From Candidatus Bathyarchaeia archaeon (lineage in GTDB: Archaea; Thermoproteota; Bathyarchaeia; TCS64), in the NCBI GenBank assembly GCA_041489375.1, contig JBGPRA010000003.1, positions 1-35,981 of the forward strand: a stretch of DNA of 35,981 nucleotides, read 5' to 3'. The notes under the pieces were generated by a model. That model saw only the letters and a list, made by a program, of their open reading frames with translations. It did no database searches and was not told the DNA's origin. This document shows positions 1 to 9,737 of the stretch, piece by piece. The first letter of the stretch is position 1. Every line of letters starts with the position of its first letter. Both the position numbers and the translations under genes were made by a program.

Positions 1-45
1 GATACTTTACAGAAGGAGCTAGGACTCCCTCAGCAGAAGAATTAG
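1..45 (+). CDS. 3' end of a gene entering the window (DTLQKELGLPQQKN*)
   Basis: Frame 1 is open from base 1 to TAG at 43-45. The stop overlaps that of the convergent gene at 42-44. Too short to identify. Confidence 0.4.
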   Translation, partial: DTLQKELGLPQQKN

Positions 46-740
46 TCCTTCTTGAATATCTTTCCAAACCCACTCGTTTTCTCAGTTGTCCTCTGCGATT
101 GATCTGCCCCTCTCAAGGGGGAAGGATCTACTCCCAATTTGAACATCTTGTTTAGTATATCGATAGCATCGGCTGAACCCGAGTAGTCGATGTTCGTAAG
201 CTTATTAGTAGGCACGAATAAGCACGCAAATGGGAACCCTTCTTCTAAACACTGGTCCATGATACACGAGTTGACGCCTGAAAGGGCCCCCTCCTTGACA
301 GTGGGGTAACCTGTCTTCGTGAGATCGATCTTGTTTGAGTATGTTAACGCTCTAATCTCTGAGGGCAAATTGCTAAAAGGTAGACCTTCGATTGAGTAGA
401 TCTCCTTCGCACCTTTCGATTTCAACCACTCTAATAGCTCCATCGCAATAGGTCTACAGCCCTCAGTAGGGATGAGACTCTCTGTTACGACGAAGATAGT
501 CTTCTCGTTCTCGTCTAGGTGTACCCTAAAGGACTGTATAGGGGTTCCGTTTATAATCAGAGTCATAGGAGGTAGGAGGTTTGACTTCAGGTAGGCGACT
601 TGTTTGAATCCTCTTGCTCTTATTGCGTACATGGTCGCGGTGTTCGCAATGAATCCGGCACCAGCAAATCCTAAGACGACTTTGTAATCCCCATTTTTTA
701 TTGGGGATGTCTCGATTATCTTAACCGCTTTCACTGACAT
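42..740 (-). CDS. PAC2 family proteasome assembly chaperone-like protein
   Basis: GFAGAGFIA (GFxGxGxxx) N-terminal motif, typical PAC2 length, and DYSGSADAI resembling the DPxAA segment. Confidence 0.8.
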   Translation of the reverse strand: MSVKAVKIIETSPIKNGDYKVVLGFAGAGFIANTATMYAIRARGFKQVAYLKSNLLPPMTLIINGTPIQSFRVHLDENEKTIFVVTESLIPTEGCRPIAMELLEWLKSKGAKEIYSIEGLPFSNLPSEIRALTYSNKIDLTKTGYPTVKEGALSGVNSCIMDQCLEEGFPFACLFVPTNKLTNIDYSGSADAIDILNKMFKLGVDPSPLRGADQSQRTTEKTSGFGKIFKKD

Positions 741-763
741 TACTCAGTGATACGTTGTTGAGG

Positions 764-771
764 ATATAAAA
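764..771 (-). promoter_or_regulatory. TATA box for the PAC2-like gene (probably leaderless)
   Basis: Minus-strand TTTTATAT about 24 bp upstream of the ATG at 740. Confidence 0.5.
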
Positions 772-864
772 TGCCCCACGTTATGCCTAATAAATATAAT
801 CAAGAGTTAAAGTAAAAAACCGTTTTAATAGTATGAGTATTTTAATCTTTAAGGAAGGAGAGAC

Positions 865-1845
865 TTGGACATCGATTCAATTAGGGGATACCTTAGGGGG
901 AAGGTATCTATCATCTGTCACCATAACGCTGACCCAGATGCCATCTGCGCAGCCTATTCTTTGGAAAAACTCATACATGAGTTAGACCAAGGGGCAATCA
1001 CTGAGATACTCTACCCCGATAGCGCTAGCCAACTCTCCGATCGGATAATTAATCACTTCAACATCGAGGCGTCCGTTCACCCTAGGATAGTTGACGCTGA
1101 CACAGTAGTTGTTGTAGATACAGGGAATCTTATACAACTGGAGATACTCCAGTCGCTGCTACATAGAGACTCTGTAAAGATATTCATTGATCACCACAGT
1201 TTTGATCCTGAGATAGATAAACTCGCAACACTTTACATCCTCGATGATACGGCTGTTGCGAGTTGCGAAATAATACACGATATCTGGCAGACAATGGAAA
1301 TCGAACCACCAAAGGAGGTTGCAGAGGCCCTTCTTCTGGGCATCGCCTTCGACTCTAAGCATTTCTCTATCGGAACTTCAAAGACCTTTCGAATCGTTGC
1401 TCATCTGCTCGAATTAGGTGCCACGCTCAGCGGGATACGTGAAACCCTACAAAGCACGATGGACGTTTCCGAGAAAGTGGCTAGACTCAAAAGCGCCCAG
1501 AGAATGATACTCTACAGGGTGGATCCGTGGATCATCGTCACTTCCAATTTAGGCTCATTTCAACCTTCCGCTGCCCGCGGCATATTGAATCTCGGTGCTG
1601 ATGTGGCGATAATAGCTGGGAACGAGAAGGAAGAGCTCAAGGCGAGCCTAAGGTCGACAGAGGAGTTCCATCAGAAGACCGGTATCCACCTCGGTGACCA
1701 CTTAAGCAAGCCTCTCTCTGAACATTATAAGGGAGCTGGAGGAGGCCATCCGACGGCTGCGGGTATAAATGGTTATGGCGATGCTGATGCGTTACTGATG
1801 GAGGCTGCGGATATCTTGAAGAAAATATTAGCGCAGTCTAAATAG
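865..1845 (+). CDS. DHH/DHHA1 family phosphoesterase (NrnA-like)
   Basis: HHNADPDA, VVDTG, IDHH and C-terminal GGGHPTAAG motifs. Confidence 0.9.
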   Translation: MDIDSIRGYLRGKVSIICHHNADPDAICAAYSLEKLIHELDQGAITEILYPDSASQLSDRIINHFNIEASVHPRIVDADTVVVVDTGNLIQLEILQSLLHRDSVKIFIDHHSFDPEIDKLATLYILDDTAVASCEIIHDIWQTMEIEPPKEVAEALLLGIAFDSKHFSIGTSKTFRIVAHLLELGATLSGIRETLQSTMDVSEKVARLKSAQRMILYRVDPWIIVTSNLGSFQPSAARGILNLGADVAIIAGNEKEELKASLRSTEEFHQKTGIHLGDHLSKPLSEHYKGAGGGHPTAAGINGYGDADALLMEAADILKKILAQSK

Positions 1846-1912
1846 CTATTATAGCTCGCGTCCTATCACAGTAATCGGGCGGGAATTAAGACAAGTACTT
1901 ACCTAGCACGCC

Positions 1913-2146
1913 TTATGAAGGAGAGTGTTTAGACCACTTATCATAATGCTTTCGGATTACTTCCCAAATTTTTTCGGTCTCCTCTTTTGAGTGTACCTTG
2001 TAGAATCCGATGGAGTGTTCCCAGGCCTTTGTCTTTGGGTCAACTTTGTTGATCTTAAAATATACTTGTATTCCTAGTTTTCTCAACTCTGCTACGATCT
2101 CGTTCTCTTGCTGTTTGACTTCTCCCGGAAGTGACAGTAAACTCAC
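1913..2146 (-). CDS. Small hypothetical protein
   Basis: 77-aa ORF with normal composition that fills an otherwise empty gap. An AT-rich promoter-like stretch lies about 25 bp upstream. Confidence 0.6.
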   Translation of the reverse strand: MSLLSLPGEVKQQENEIVAELRKLGIQVYFKINKVDPKTKAWEHSIGFYKVHSKEETEKIWEVIRKHYDKWSKHSPS

Positions 2147-2248
2147 CTAGCATCAGTTAGACATACTTGTATTAAAAATGGACAAGGTTTTGAATATTCA
2201 GTATCATTACGCGCGAATTTAGTTCCGTGCAGCTTCGATTTATGAAAT

Positions 2249-3214
2249 TCAAAATAAGTGTTCATCGCTAATAGATGGGCTACTACCAACTTTACTGACA
2301 ATTACTTTGGAAAAACCTAAAGCAGCTATCCTTCTAGCAACTTCTTTGAGATGTCTGGAGACAGTGTTTACAAAAACAGAGGGACCTGTATCAATGGAGT
2401 ACCAGGCAGAGACGCCTTCAGCCCGCATTCTAAGTACCTCTTTCAGTATTCGAATGGTGTCCGGTTCCCACAGAACAATGTGAGACTTACCAGTCATCGT
2501 AATGGCGTGAAGATTCAACGTGTCCTCCTCAGCAAGCCTACCTATCGTCCCAACATCTTTACACGCTATCGCAGCCTTCATCAAAGCCAGCATTTCATCA
2601 ATATGTTCTAACCTAGCCTTGAATAGAGGTGAACTAAGAACCTCGATGTGGGCCTCATCTGTCTTCACATCAGAGGCTATCGGTATCACTACCTGCATGA
2701 AATCCATCGAATCCGGACCTGCCAACTGTTCCGCATAGGACCTGTTATCTCTATCTGCATACCAAATCGAAAATCCGCCAGCTAGGCTCCTCGTAGCTGA
2801 GCCTGCCCCTAACCTAACGATCTCTGAGAGGGAAACATCATCGATATCGAGCTCTAGGGCTTTACGGGATGCAAATCCAAGTGCCGCGAAACCTGAAGCC
2901 GAGAAACCGAGACCTTTACCGTTTAACAGATTATTTTTAGACACAATCTTGAAATGATCTTTGTTATTCGCCATATGCGCAAGCCTTCTAACAATTGTCA
3001 TGATTCTTTCAAGATCTGCCCCCATGACTCTCTCCTCGTTTATTACGACATAGTCGTCTGAGAGATACTTATCAAAGTGGACTGTGGTGACAGTTACTAA
3101 CGCATCTGAACATACTGAGATGCTATCGTGAAAGGGAATCCTGAGAGTCGGATCTTTTAGTCCATGGTATTTTATTAGTCCCTGAATAGGGTGAGCAATG
3201 GCCGTTACCTTCAA
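2249..3214 (-). CDS. mvaD: Phosphomevalonate decarboxylase-like protein (haloarchaeal-type MvaD, GHMP family)
   Basis: AHPIQGLIKYHG...PFHDSISVC N-terminus, GLGFSASGFAAL GHMP loop, GAGSATRS, NLHAITMTG and SIDTGPS motifs. Confidence 0.85.
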   Translation of the reverse strand: MKVTAIAHPIQGLIKYHGLKDPTLRIPFHDSISVCSDALVTVTTVHFDKYLSDDYVVINEERVMGADLERIMTIVRRLAHMANNKDHFKIVSKNNLLNGKGLGFSASGFAALGFASRKALELDIDDVSLSEIVRLGAGSATRSLAGGFSIWYADRDNRSYAEQLAGPDSMDFMQVVIPIASDVKTDEAHIEVLSSPLFKARLEHIDEMLALMKAAIACKDVGTIGRLAEEDTLNLHAITMTGKSHIVLWEPDTIRILKEVLRMRAEGVSAWYSIDTGPSVFVNTVSRHLKEVARRIAALGFSKVIVSKVGSSPSISDEHLF

Positions 3215-3423
3215 TTAAAGCCGCCTTTGTGCACTGGTCAAAGCGATCAACGTTGAAGTTATATTAAATGGCTATTTCCGATACTCGCGTACGCCCAGAG
3301 GGTCTTTAGTAGTATTACAATAACTTCTCATACGTACTACTCTAACTTTGGATATTCTCCGTTAAGTGTAACTATTATATCTCTGGCGCTCGACTAGAAA
3401 GAAGAAATCGGTCGGGCGTCCCT

Positions 3424-5160
3424 TTGGGAAAAATAGATGTCGAGGGTCTATGCTACAGCTATCCCAACGTGGCGGAGCAAGTCCTAACAGACATTAATCT
3501 CAAGATTGAGCCCGGCGAATTTATTTTACTCACAGGGCCAAGTGGCTGTGGCAAGACAACCTTTTGTAGATGCCTTAATGGCCTCATCCCTCACTTCTAC
3601 AACGGCGAGATGAAGGGAGACCTTAAGATAGATGGCATCTCCACAAGGGAACACCCAACCTACGAACTCGCTAAACACGTAGGCCTCATCTTCCAGAACC
3701 CTGACAACCAGATATTCTCTCTTACTGTCGAGAAGGATATCGCCTTTGGCCTAGAGAACCTGGGTGAGTCGAGGGAGAAGATGAGAGGCGAGATAGATCA
3801 AGCGATGAATCAGGTCGGTATAGCTCCACTCAAGGAGCGAGGCACTCACGAACTCTCCGGTGGCCAGAAGCAGAGACTCACCATAGCCTCCATCTTAGCG
3901 ATGCACCCCGGAATAATTGTTATGGATGAACCTACTGCCTTCCTCGATCCCGTCGGCGCCGAGAAGATATTTGAGGTCCTCCAAACCCTAAATAGAGAAT
4001 ACGGAATCACGATTCTTCTCATCGAGCATCGATTGGACCTCGCCGTAAAGTACTGTGGCCGAATAATCGTCTTCGACAAGGGTCGCATCGTCAACGACGG
4101 GACTCCTAGGGAGATATTTACCTCGGATGAGACGCGCCTTATAGGTATTGGTATACCTAGGATGGTTGAACTGGGGAGAAGACTAGGTCAGAGAGGATAT
4201 AATATAGGCATCCCACTCAACTCTGATGAAGCCTTCACCAAACTCACTCCTTTTCTCAAGAAACTGGAAACAACTAACACCAAACAGGGCCTACCCGAAC
4301 TTGACGAGATAGTCGGTGAATATACACATGCTCCAATAATCGAACTCCGAGATGTGACCTATTCCTACTCCAGTGGTATAAATGCCCTATGTGGCGTCTC
4401 CCTAACAATCAACAAGGGTGACTTTGTAGCCATAATGGGGGAGAATGGTGCAGGAAAGACGACTCTCGTGAAGCATTTCAACGGCCTACTGAGACCGAAG
4501 AGCGGTAACGTCGTCGTGGACAGCGAGGACGTCTCGAAGAAGAGCGTCGCCTCGATGGCAAGGAAAGTCGGGCTCGTATTCCAGAACCCCGATGATCAAT
4601 TCTTCGCGGAAGACGTCGAAGAAGAGCTAAGCTTCGCTCTTCGTAACTTTGGATACGAGGAGGCCGTTATCAAGGAACGTGTAGAATGGGCACTAAATCT
4701 ATTAGACCTCCAGCGATACAAGAAGTCCAGCCCCTTCATATTAAGCGGGGGAGAGCGTAAACGAGTCGCTTTGGCTTCTATCCTGGCTTGGAACCCCGAC
4801 GTCCTCGTACTGGACGAGCCTACTGTTGGGCAGGATCATGGCCAGAAGGAGCGGCTCAAGCATTTTTTGATGCAGCTTAGGACGCAGGGCAAGACGGTGG
4901 TGATTGTAACCCATGATGTGGAGTTCGTGGCTGAGAGTCAGCCTCGCGTTGTGCTAATGTCGAAGGGTAGAGTGATAGCCGATGGCGCCACTAAGAAGAT
5001 AATGACTGATGTTCAAAGTCTTGAGGCCTGCTCCGTGGCACCACCTGAGGTTACTAAGCTATTCTCAAAGCTCACATTATATGGCCTTCCTGGCGATGTG
5101 CTTGATGTAGACGAGGCCCTCGACCTCTTGACAAAGAAACTTAGGAGAGATAATCCTTGA
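3424..5160 (+). CDS. ecfA: ECF transporter fused double ATPase (EcfA-A')
   Basis: Two ABC cassettes (GPSGCGKT/LSGGQ/DEPT and GENGAGKT/LSGGE/DEPT) with FQNPD Q-loops typical of CbiO/EcfA. Confidence 0.92.
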   Translation: MGKIDVEGLCYSYPNVAEQVLTDINLKIEPGEFILLTGPSGCGKTTFCRCLNGLIPHFYNGEMKGDLKIDGISTREHPTYELAKHVGLIFQNPDNQIFSLTVEKDIAFGLENLGESREKMRGEIDQAMNQVGIAPLKERGTHELSGGQKQRLTIASILAMHPGIIVMDEPTAFLDPVGAEKIFEVLQTLNREYGITILLIEHRLDLAVKYCGRIIVFDKGRIVNDGTPREIFTSDETRLIGIGIPRMVELGRRLGQRGYNIGIPLNSDEAFTKLTPFLKKLETTNTKQGLPELDEIVGEYTHAPIIELRDVTYSYSSGINALCGVSLTINKGDFVAIMGENGAGKTTLVKHFNGLLRPKSGNVVVDSEDVSKKSVASMARKVGLVFQNPDDQFFAEDVEEELSFALRNFGYEEAVIKERVEWALNLLDLQRYKKSSPFILSGGERKRVALASILAWNPDVLVLDEPTVGQDHGQKERLKHFLMQLRTQGKTVVIVTHDVEFVAESQPRVVLMSKGRVIADGATKKIMTDVQSLEACSVAPPEVTKLFSKLTLYGLPGDVLDVDEALDLLTKKLRRDNP

Positions 5161-5951
5161 GCTTGCTGGAGGGCCTACGATTCTCTAAGGGAGACTCACC
5201 GATTCATCGCATGGATCCCCGGGTAAAGTTCCTCATGACAATGGTGATCTTCGCGCTTTCGATAATGTTCTTTGACCTCATTCCTCTCTTAGCCGTTTTC
5301 ATACTCCAGATACCACTTATCCTCTACGCAAAGATATGGAGGGAGTGGCTTAAGACCCTGAAGGGGGGTGCTTTCCTAGCCGCGATAATATTCACCACCA
5401 ATCTTCTGAGCTTCTACTTCTTCAGGGGGATGCACCTCTCAGGTGAAAACGTTGAGTTTAGCCTCGTACTCACGCTTAGGTTCCTATCCCTGATCACTAG
5501 TTTCAGTCTCTTCTTCCTAACTACCTCTCCCGATAAGCTCAGCCTTGCCCTGGAGAAGGCTAAGGTGCCTTACGAGTTTAACTTCGCCTTTATCACAGCG
5601 ATTAGATTCGTGCCAGTCTTAGCAGACGAGGCGCAGACTATTATGGACGCACAGAGGTCGAGGGGGCTCGAACTCGACAAGGGTGGATTTCTCTCCAGGA
5701 TAAGGAAGTACATACCAATACTACTTCCACTTATAGTAAACTCGATTAGGCGAAGCCTGGAACTTGCTGAAGCAATGGAGTCGCGTGCTTTCGGGGCGAC
5801 TAAGGACCGAACCAACCTATACGAGTTGAAGATGGCGCCCTCCGATTACTTCGCATTAGTAATTACTCTTGGGGTGCTGGCATTCGCCCTTTATATGCGC
5901 CTCTTCCTCCCACCCTTACCCAAAGTATTGAGCGGAGTTTCTTTCCTCTGA
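5157..5951 (+). CDS. ecfT: ECF transporter transmembrane T component
   Basis: HRMDPRVK start, AIRFVP, AQRSRG and AMESRAF coupling-helix motifs. 4-bp overlap with ecfA. Confidence 0.92.
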   Translation: MSLLEGLRFSKGDSPIHRMDPRVKFLMTMVIFALSIMFFDLIPLLAVFILQIPLILYAKIWREWLKTLKGGAFLAAIIFTTNLLSFYFFRGMHLSGENVEFSLVLTLRFLSLITSFSLFFLTTSPDKLSLALEKAKVPYEFNFAFITAIRFVPVLADEAQTIMDAQRSRGLELDKGGFLSRIRKYIPILLPLIVNSIRRSLELAEAMESRAFGATKDRTNLYELKMAPSDYFALVITLGVLAFALYMRLFLPPLPKVLSGVSFL

Positions 5952-5971
5952 TCCAATCATTATAGTCATTT

Positions 5972-5986
5972 CAAAACGCTTAAATA
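5972..5986 (+). promoter_or_regulatory. BRE-TATA promoter of the AbrB-PhoU gene
   Basis: CAAAACGC followed by TTAAATA in the intergenic region. Confidence 0.5.
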
Positions 5987-6048
5987 ATTACTAAAGAGAC
6001 TAAAGTCGATATCACGGGGTATCAATAATTACTGTAAGTGATTTTTCT

Positions 6049-7104
6049 ATGGAGCCTAGAAGGATACAAAAAGTCGGCTATTCAACCCTCTCCGTAAGTA
6101 TTCCAATGAACTGGGCAAAGAAGATGAATGTTAAAAAGGGTGACATTGTATTCCTCAGCGAGGAAAACGACGGCGCCCTCCGTATCGCCCCGGAGCCCAG
6201 CAAAGCGGAGAACACGCTTGTCTACGTCGTCAACGTAGATGAGTGCGATAATACGACGATATTAGACCGGGTGATTGTGGGTAACTACGTACTCGGCCGT
6301 AACATGATAAGGGTAGAGTCAAGCCGTCGACTGATGAGAGAGCAGATCGAGAGCATTAGAGAAGTAACCCAAAGGTTACTAGGTATTGGAATAATCGAGG
6401 AGAGCGATAAGCACCTCGTTCTTCAGTGTAGCATCGACCCAAAGAATTTCCCCATTGAGACAGTCGTCAAGCGTCTCTACGTCATAACGAGCATCATGTT
6501 CAAGGAATCCATCGACAGCCTAATCGATGAGGACCGTGAACTTGCCAAGGACGCAATAACTCGCGAACACGAAGCAGACACTATCTACTGGCTACTTTCA
6601 AGGCTCCTTGCCTCCGCTCAGCAGAGCCGTGTCTTATCCGAGAACATTGGTATCGTCGATCCTATGGAGATCGCTGAGTACAATCTAATATCCTGGTACC
6701 TAGAGATGATCGGCGACCGCTTAAACTCCGTCTGCATAAACCTGTTAAAACTGGAGAATCACAAAAAGGAATCTGACAGTGAACTAATTGAGCGCCTTGG
6801 ACAACTCGCTCTAGTTAGTTTCACCATGTTTGACAAGGCGATGAAGAGCATAGTTGATAAGGACCTAAATTTGGCGAGCGACGCCGTGGACCTCTACGAG
6901 GCTGTGCAGTTGGAGGAGGAGAAACTCCTTACGGAGTTCCACGGCACAAATTCTATGCAGACTACCCGATTCAACATGATCGCTTGGGAGTTTAAGATAA
7001 TTGCCGAGCATAGCTCAGCCATAGCTAAGATATCCATCGATAATATTCTCCGGGGAAAGAACAACATTTGCCAGGTATGGGAAGAATCGAATAAAGGGGA
7101 ATAA
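6049..7104 (+). CDS. phoU: Archaeal phosphate uptake regulator, N-terminal AbrB-like domain plus PhoU domains
   Basis: RRIQKVGYSTLSVSIPMNWAK...KKGD AbrB-type start, followed by PhoU helical repeats (EHEADTIY, LEMIGD, IAEHS). Confidence 0.85.
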   Translation: MEPRRIQKVGYSTLSVSIPMNWAKKMNVKKGDIVFLSEENDGALRIAPEPSKAENTLVYVVNVDECDNTTILDRVIVGNYVLGRNMIRVESSRRLMREQIESIREVTQRLLGIGIIEESDKHLVLQCSIDPKNFPIETVVKRLYVITSIMFKESIDSLIDEDRELAKDAITREHEADTIYWLLSRLLASAQQSRVLSENIGIVDPMEIAEYNLISWYLEMIGDRLNSVCINLLKLENHKKESDSELIERLGQLALVSFTMFDKAMKSIVDKDLNLASDAVDLYEAVQLEEEKLLTEFHGTNSMQTTRFNMIAWEFKIIAEHSSAIAKISIDNILRGKNNICQVWEESNKGE

Positions 7105-7470
7105 ATCCTCCCGCCACATTTTTTGTTATAATAAAATCGATTGAAAAGTTGCTTCGATCAGCAATATAATACTTTTCTCACACTGTAAATTATAGTATAT
7201 ACTGAATATACTCTTCGTTTGCATAATAAATGACCGTTCTCTTAGATGAATAAACACATTTACTAGTAATTTTCGAGATAAACAGATGGCTTTGGGGAGA
7301 GAAATTTGTACACACTTTGTATATAACACAATTGATCTATACCAGAATCGTAATTTTTTATTAGATTTGTTCCAGTAGGTGCTAATCATTATTAAGGTCA
7401 TTCTATAAATAGGTTTAAAAGAGCCTTTTTTCAGTCTATAAACAATTCGCAAAAGGGGATTTGACGATCA

Positions 7471-9681
7471 ATGGTACGTTACAAGCAGACTAGCGATATC
7501 CTGAAGCTGATGCTTGACAAGGAACACATCAGAAACATAGGCATAATTGCACACATCGACCACGGCAAAACGACGATGAGTGATAGCCTACTCGCTGCAG
7601 CTGGGCTTATGTCACCCGACCGTGCCGGTGAAGCCCGAGCTCTTGACTACCTTGATGAGGAGCAGGCTAGGGGTATCACAATTAAGACGGCAAATATCAG
7701 TCTGCTATATGAGGATGAGAAAGGCCAGCCTTATGTCATCAACCTAATTGACACTCCAGGTCACGTCGACTTCAGTGGAAAGGTTACCCGTGCAATGAGG
7801 GCGCTCGACGGTTGCATCCTGCTCGTCGACGCAGTCGAGGAGTTCCAGATCATGACCGAAGTCCGCCTCAGGCTCGCCTTAGATGAGGCGGTGCGACCCG
7901 TTCTATACATCAACAAATTCGATAGGCTCATCAAAGAGCTCAAGATGGACGCTGAAATGGCGCAGGCGAAGATCCTACGTATAATTAACCAGTTCAATAC
8001 AATCGTCCAGACATTCGCTTCAGACGAGTTGAAGAACGAGTGGACCGTCAACGCTGGCGCGGGCCAAGTCTGCTTCGGATCTGCTCTCGACCGATGGGGT
8101 TTTACCCTCCCCATGCTACAGAAGAAAGGAATCACCTTCAATCAACTAGTCCAGATGTACAAAGAAGGCAAGCTCGAAGAAATACAGCAGAAACTACCTC
8201 TTGCAGAGGCCATGCTCGGCATGGTCATCCAACATTTACCCAACCCTATAATCGCACAACCAAGGAGACTCAAAACCATCTGGAAGGGCGACCCAGAGAG
8301 TCCAATGGGCAAGGCAATGTATACTATCGACCCTAACGGCCCCACCGTCGTCTGCATCACAAACATCGTAATCGATCCCCAGGCCGGGGTCGTCAGCACG
8401 GGACGAGTATTCAGTGGAACCTTACACAAGGGACAGGATTTCCACCTCGTCAGCGCAAAGAAAGACCTCAAGGCCCAGCAGGTCAGTATATACATGGGCC
8501 AGTACAGAGAGATCGTCGACGAGATACCGGCCGGGAACATAGTTGCACTACTAGGCATAGCTGAGGGCAGGGCGGGAGAGACGCTCGTCGAGCCCTCCAT
8601 TAAAGCCGACGCCGTAGGATTCGAGTCTATTAAATACGCTTCCGACCCAGTTCTCACAATCGCTGTTGAACCTAAGAAGCCCATCGACCTACCCAGACTC
8701 ATCGACGCCATGCAGAAAATGAGTATTCAAGACCCCAACTTAGTCACCACAATTAACCAAGAAACCGGTGAATACCTTCTCGCTGGGATGGGTGAGCTCC
8801 ACCTCGAGATTGCCCTCAAGGACCTCAAACGCGAGTATAACCTCGACGTCACAGAAAGCGAACCCACAGTAGTCTATCGTGAAGCGATACGCGATAGCGT
8901 TGGCCCATTTATGGGTAAGAGTCCCAATAAACACAATAGGGTCTACTTCACTTTCGCTCCCCTTGATCCCGCGATAATTGATCTCATCCGTAATGGCGAG
9001 ATTAGCGTCATAACAAGCCAGAGAAAGATGGAGGAGATCCTCGTTGAGAGGGCCGGTTGGACGACTAAGCAGGCGCGTCAGGTCTTCGCTATTAACGAGA
9101 ATGCCAACATGATGATCGATACCACCGTAGGTATACAAGGCATCCGCGAAGTTAAGGAGCACATCTCCGGCGGATTTACCTGGGCTCTACAGCAAGGCCC
9201 ACTCGCGGGCGAGATCGTTCGCGGACTCATGGTCGACATGGTGGACGTCGCACTCCACGAGGACCCAGTTCACAGGGGCCCCGCTCAGATGATGCCTGCG
9301 GTAAGAGGTGCAATGTACGCCGGTATGCTCTCAGCGCGCCCTACTCTACTCGAGCCCATCTACAAGATACAGGTCCGTGTCCCAGCCACCTGGCTTGGTA
9401 ACGCCACAGGTCTCCTAGGCAGGAAGAGAGGAAGGGTCTACGACATGGAGCAGCAGGGTGCCGTCTCCGTATTTACTGGCTTCGTCCCTGTCAGCGAGAC
9501 GATCGGATTCAGCGCCGAGATGCGCGCTGCCACGAGTGGGAGTGCCTTCTGGCAAAGCAACTTCGACCACTGGGCGCCAGTCCCTGACAGCATGCTGATG
9601 GATGTCGTTAAGAAGATACGCACAAGGAAGGGCATGTCTCCCGATCCTCCAACAGCTGCTGAGTACATTGTCAAGGAGTAA
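7471..9681 (+). CDS. fusA: Translation elongation factor aEF-2
   Basis: AHIDHGKT, RGITI, DTPGH and NKFD G-motifs, GMGELHLE, KSPNKHN, and the diphthamide-site EDPVHRGPAQ (His codon at 9271). 736 aa. Confidence 0.97.
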   Translation: MVRYKQTSDILKLMLDKEHIRNIGIIAHIDHGKTTMSDSLLAAAGLMSPDRAGEARALDYLDEEQARGITIKTANISLLYEDEKGQPYVINLIDTPGHVDFSGKVTRAMRALDGCILLVDAVEEFQIMTEVRLRLALDEAVRPVLYINKFDRLIKELKMDAEMAQAKILRIINQFNTIVQTFASDELKNEWTVNAGAGQVCFGSALDRWGFTLPMLQKKGITFNQLVQMYKEGKLEEIQQKLPLAEAMLGMVIQHLPNPIIAQPRRLKTIWKGDPESPMGKAMYTIDPNGPTVVCITNIVIDPQAGVVSTGRVFSGTLHKGQDFHLVSAKKDLKAQQVSIYMGQYREIVDEIPAGNIVALLGIAEGRAGETLVEPSIKADAVGFESIKYASDPVLTIAVEPKKPIDLPRLIDAMQKMSIQDPNLVTTINQETGEYLLAGMGELHLEIALKDLKREYNLDVTESEPTVVYREAIRDSVGPFMGKSPNKHNRVYFTFAPLDPAIIDLIRNGEISVITSQRKMEEILVERAGWTTKQARQVFAINENANMMIDTTVGIQGIREVKEHISGGFTWALQQGPLAGEIVRGLMVDMVDVALHEDPVHRGPAQMMPAVRGAMYAGMLSARPTLLEPIYKIQVRVPATWLGNATGLLGRKRGRVYDMEQQGAVSVFTGFVPVSETIGFSAEMRAATSGSAFWQSNFDHWAPVPDSMLMDVVKKIRTRKGMSPDPPTAAEYIVKE

Positions 9682-9737
9682 CACTCTACAACCATTTTTT
9701 AGACCAGAACAACTCCTCTACCATAGGGTAGACGGAG

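Noticed and set aside
7280-7385. Possible replication origin (GTTCCAGT near 7369)
   Set aside because: Only one partial ORB-like match, no repeated ORBs with G-strings, and no cdc6/orc1 nearby.
7126-7452. 108-aa minus-strand ORF upstream of EF-2
   Set aside because: It has the I/K/Y/F-rich composition of AT-rich non-coding DNA, no recognisable motif, and overlaps the EF-2 promoter.
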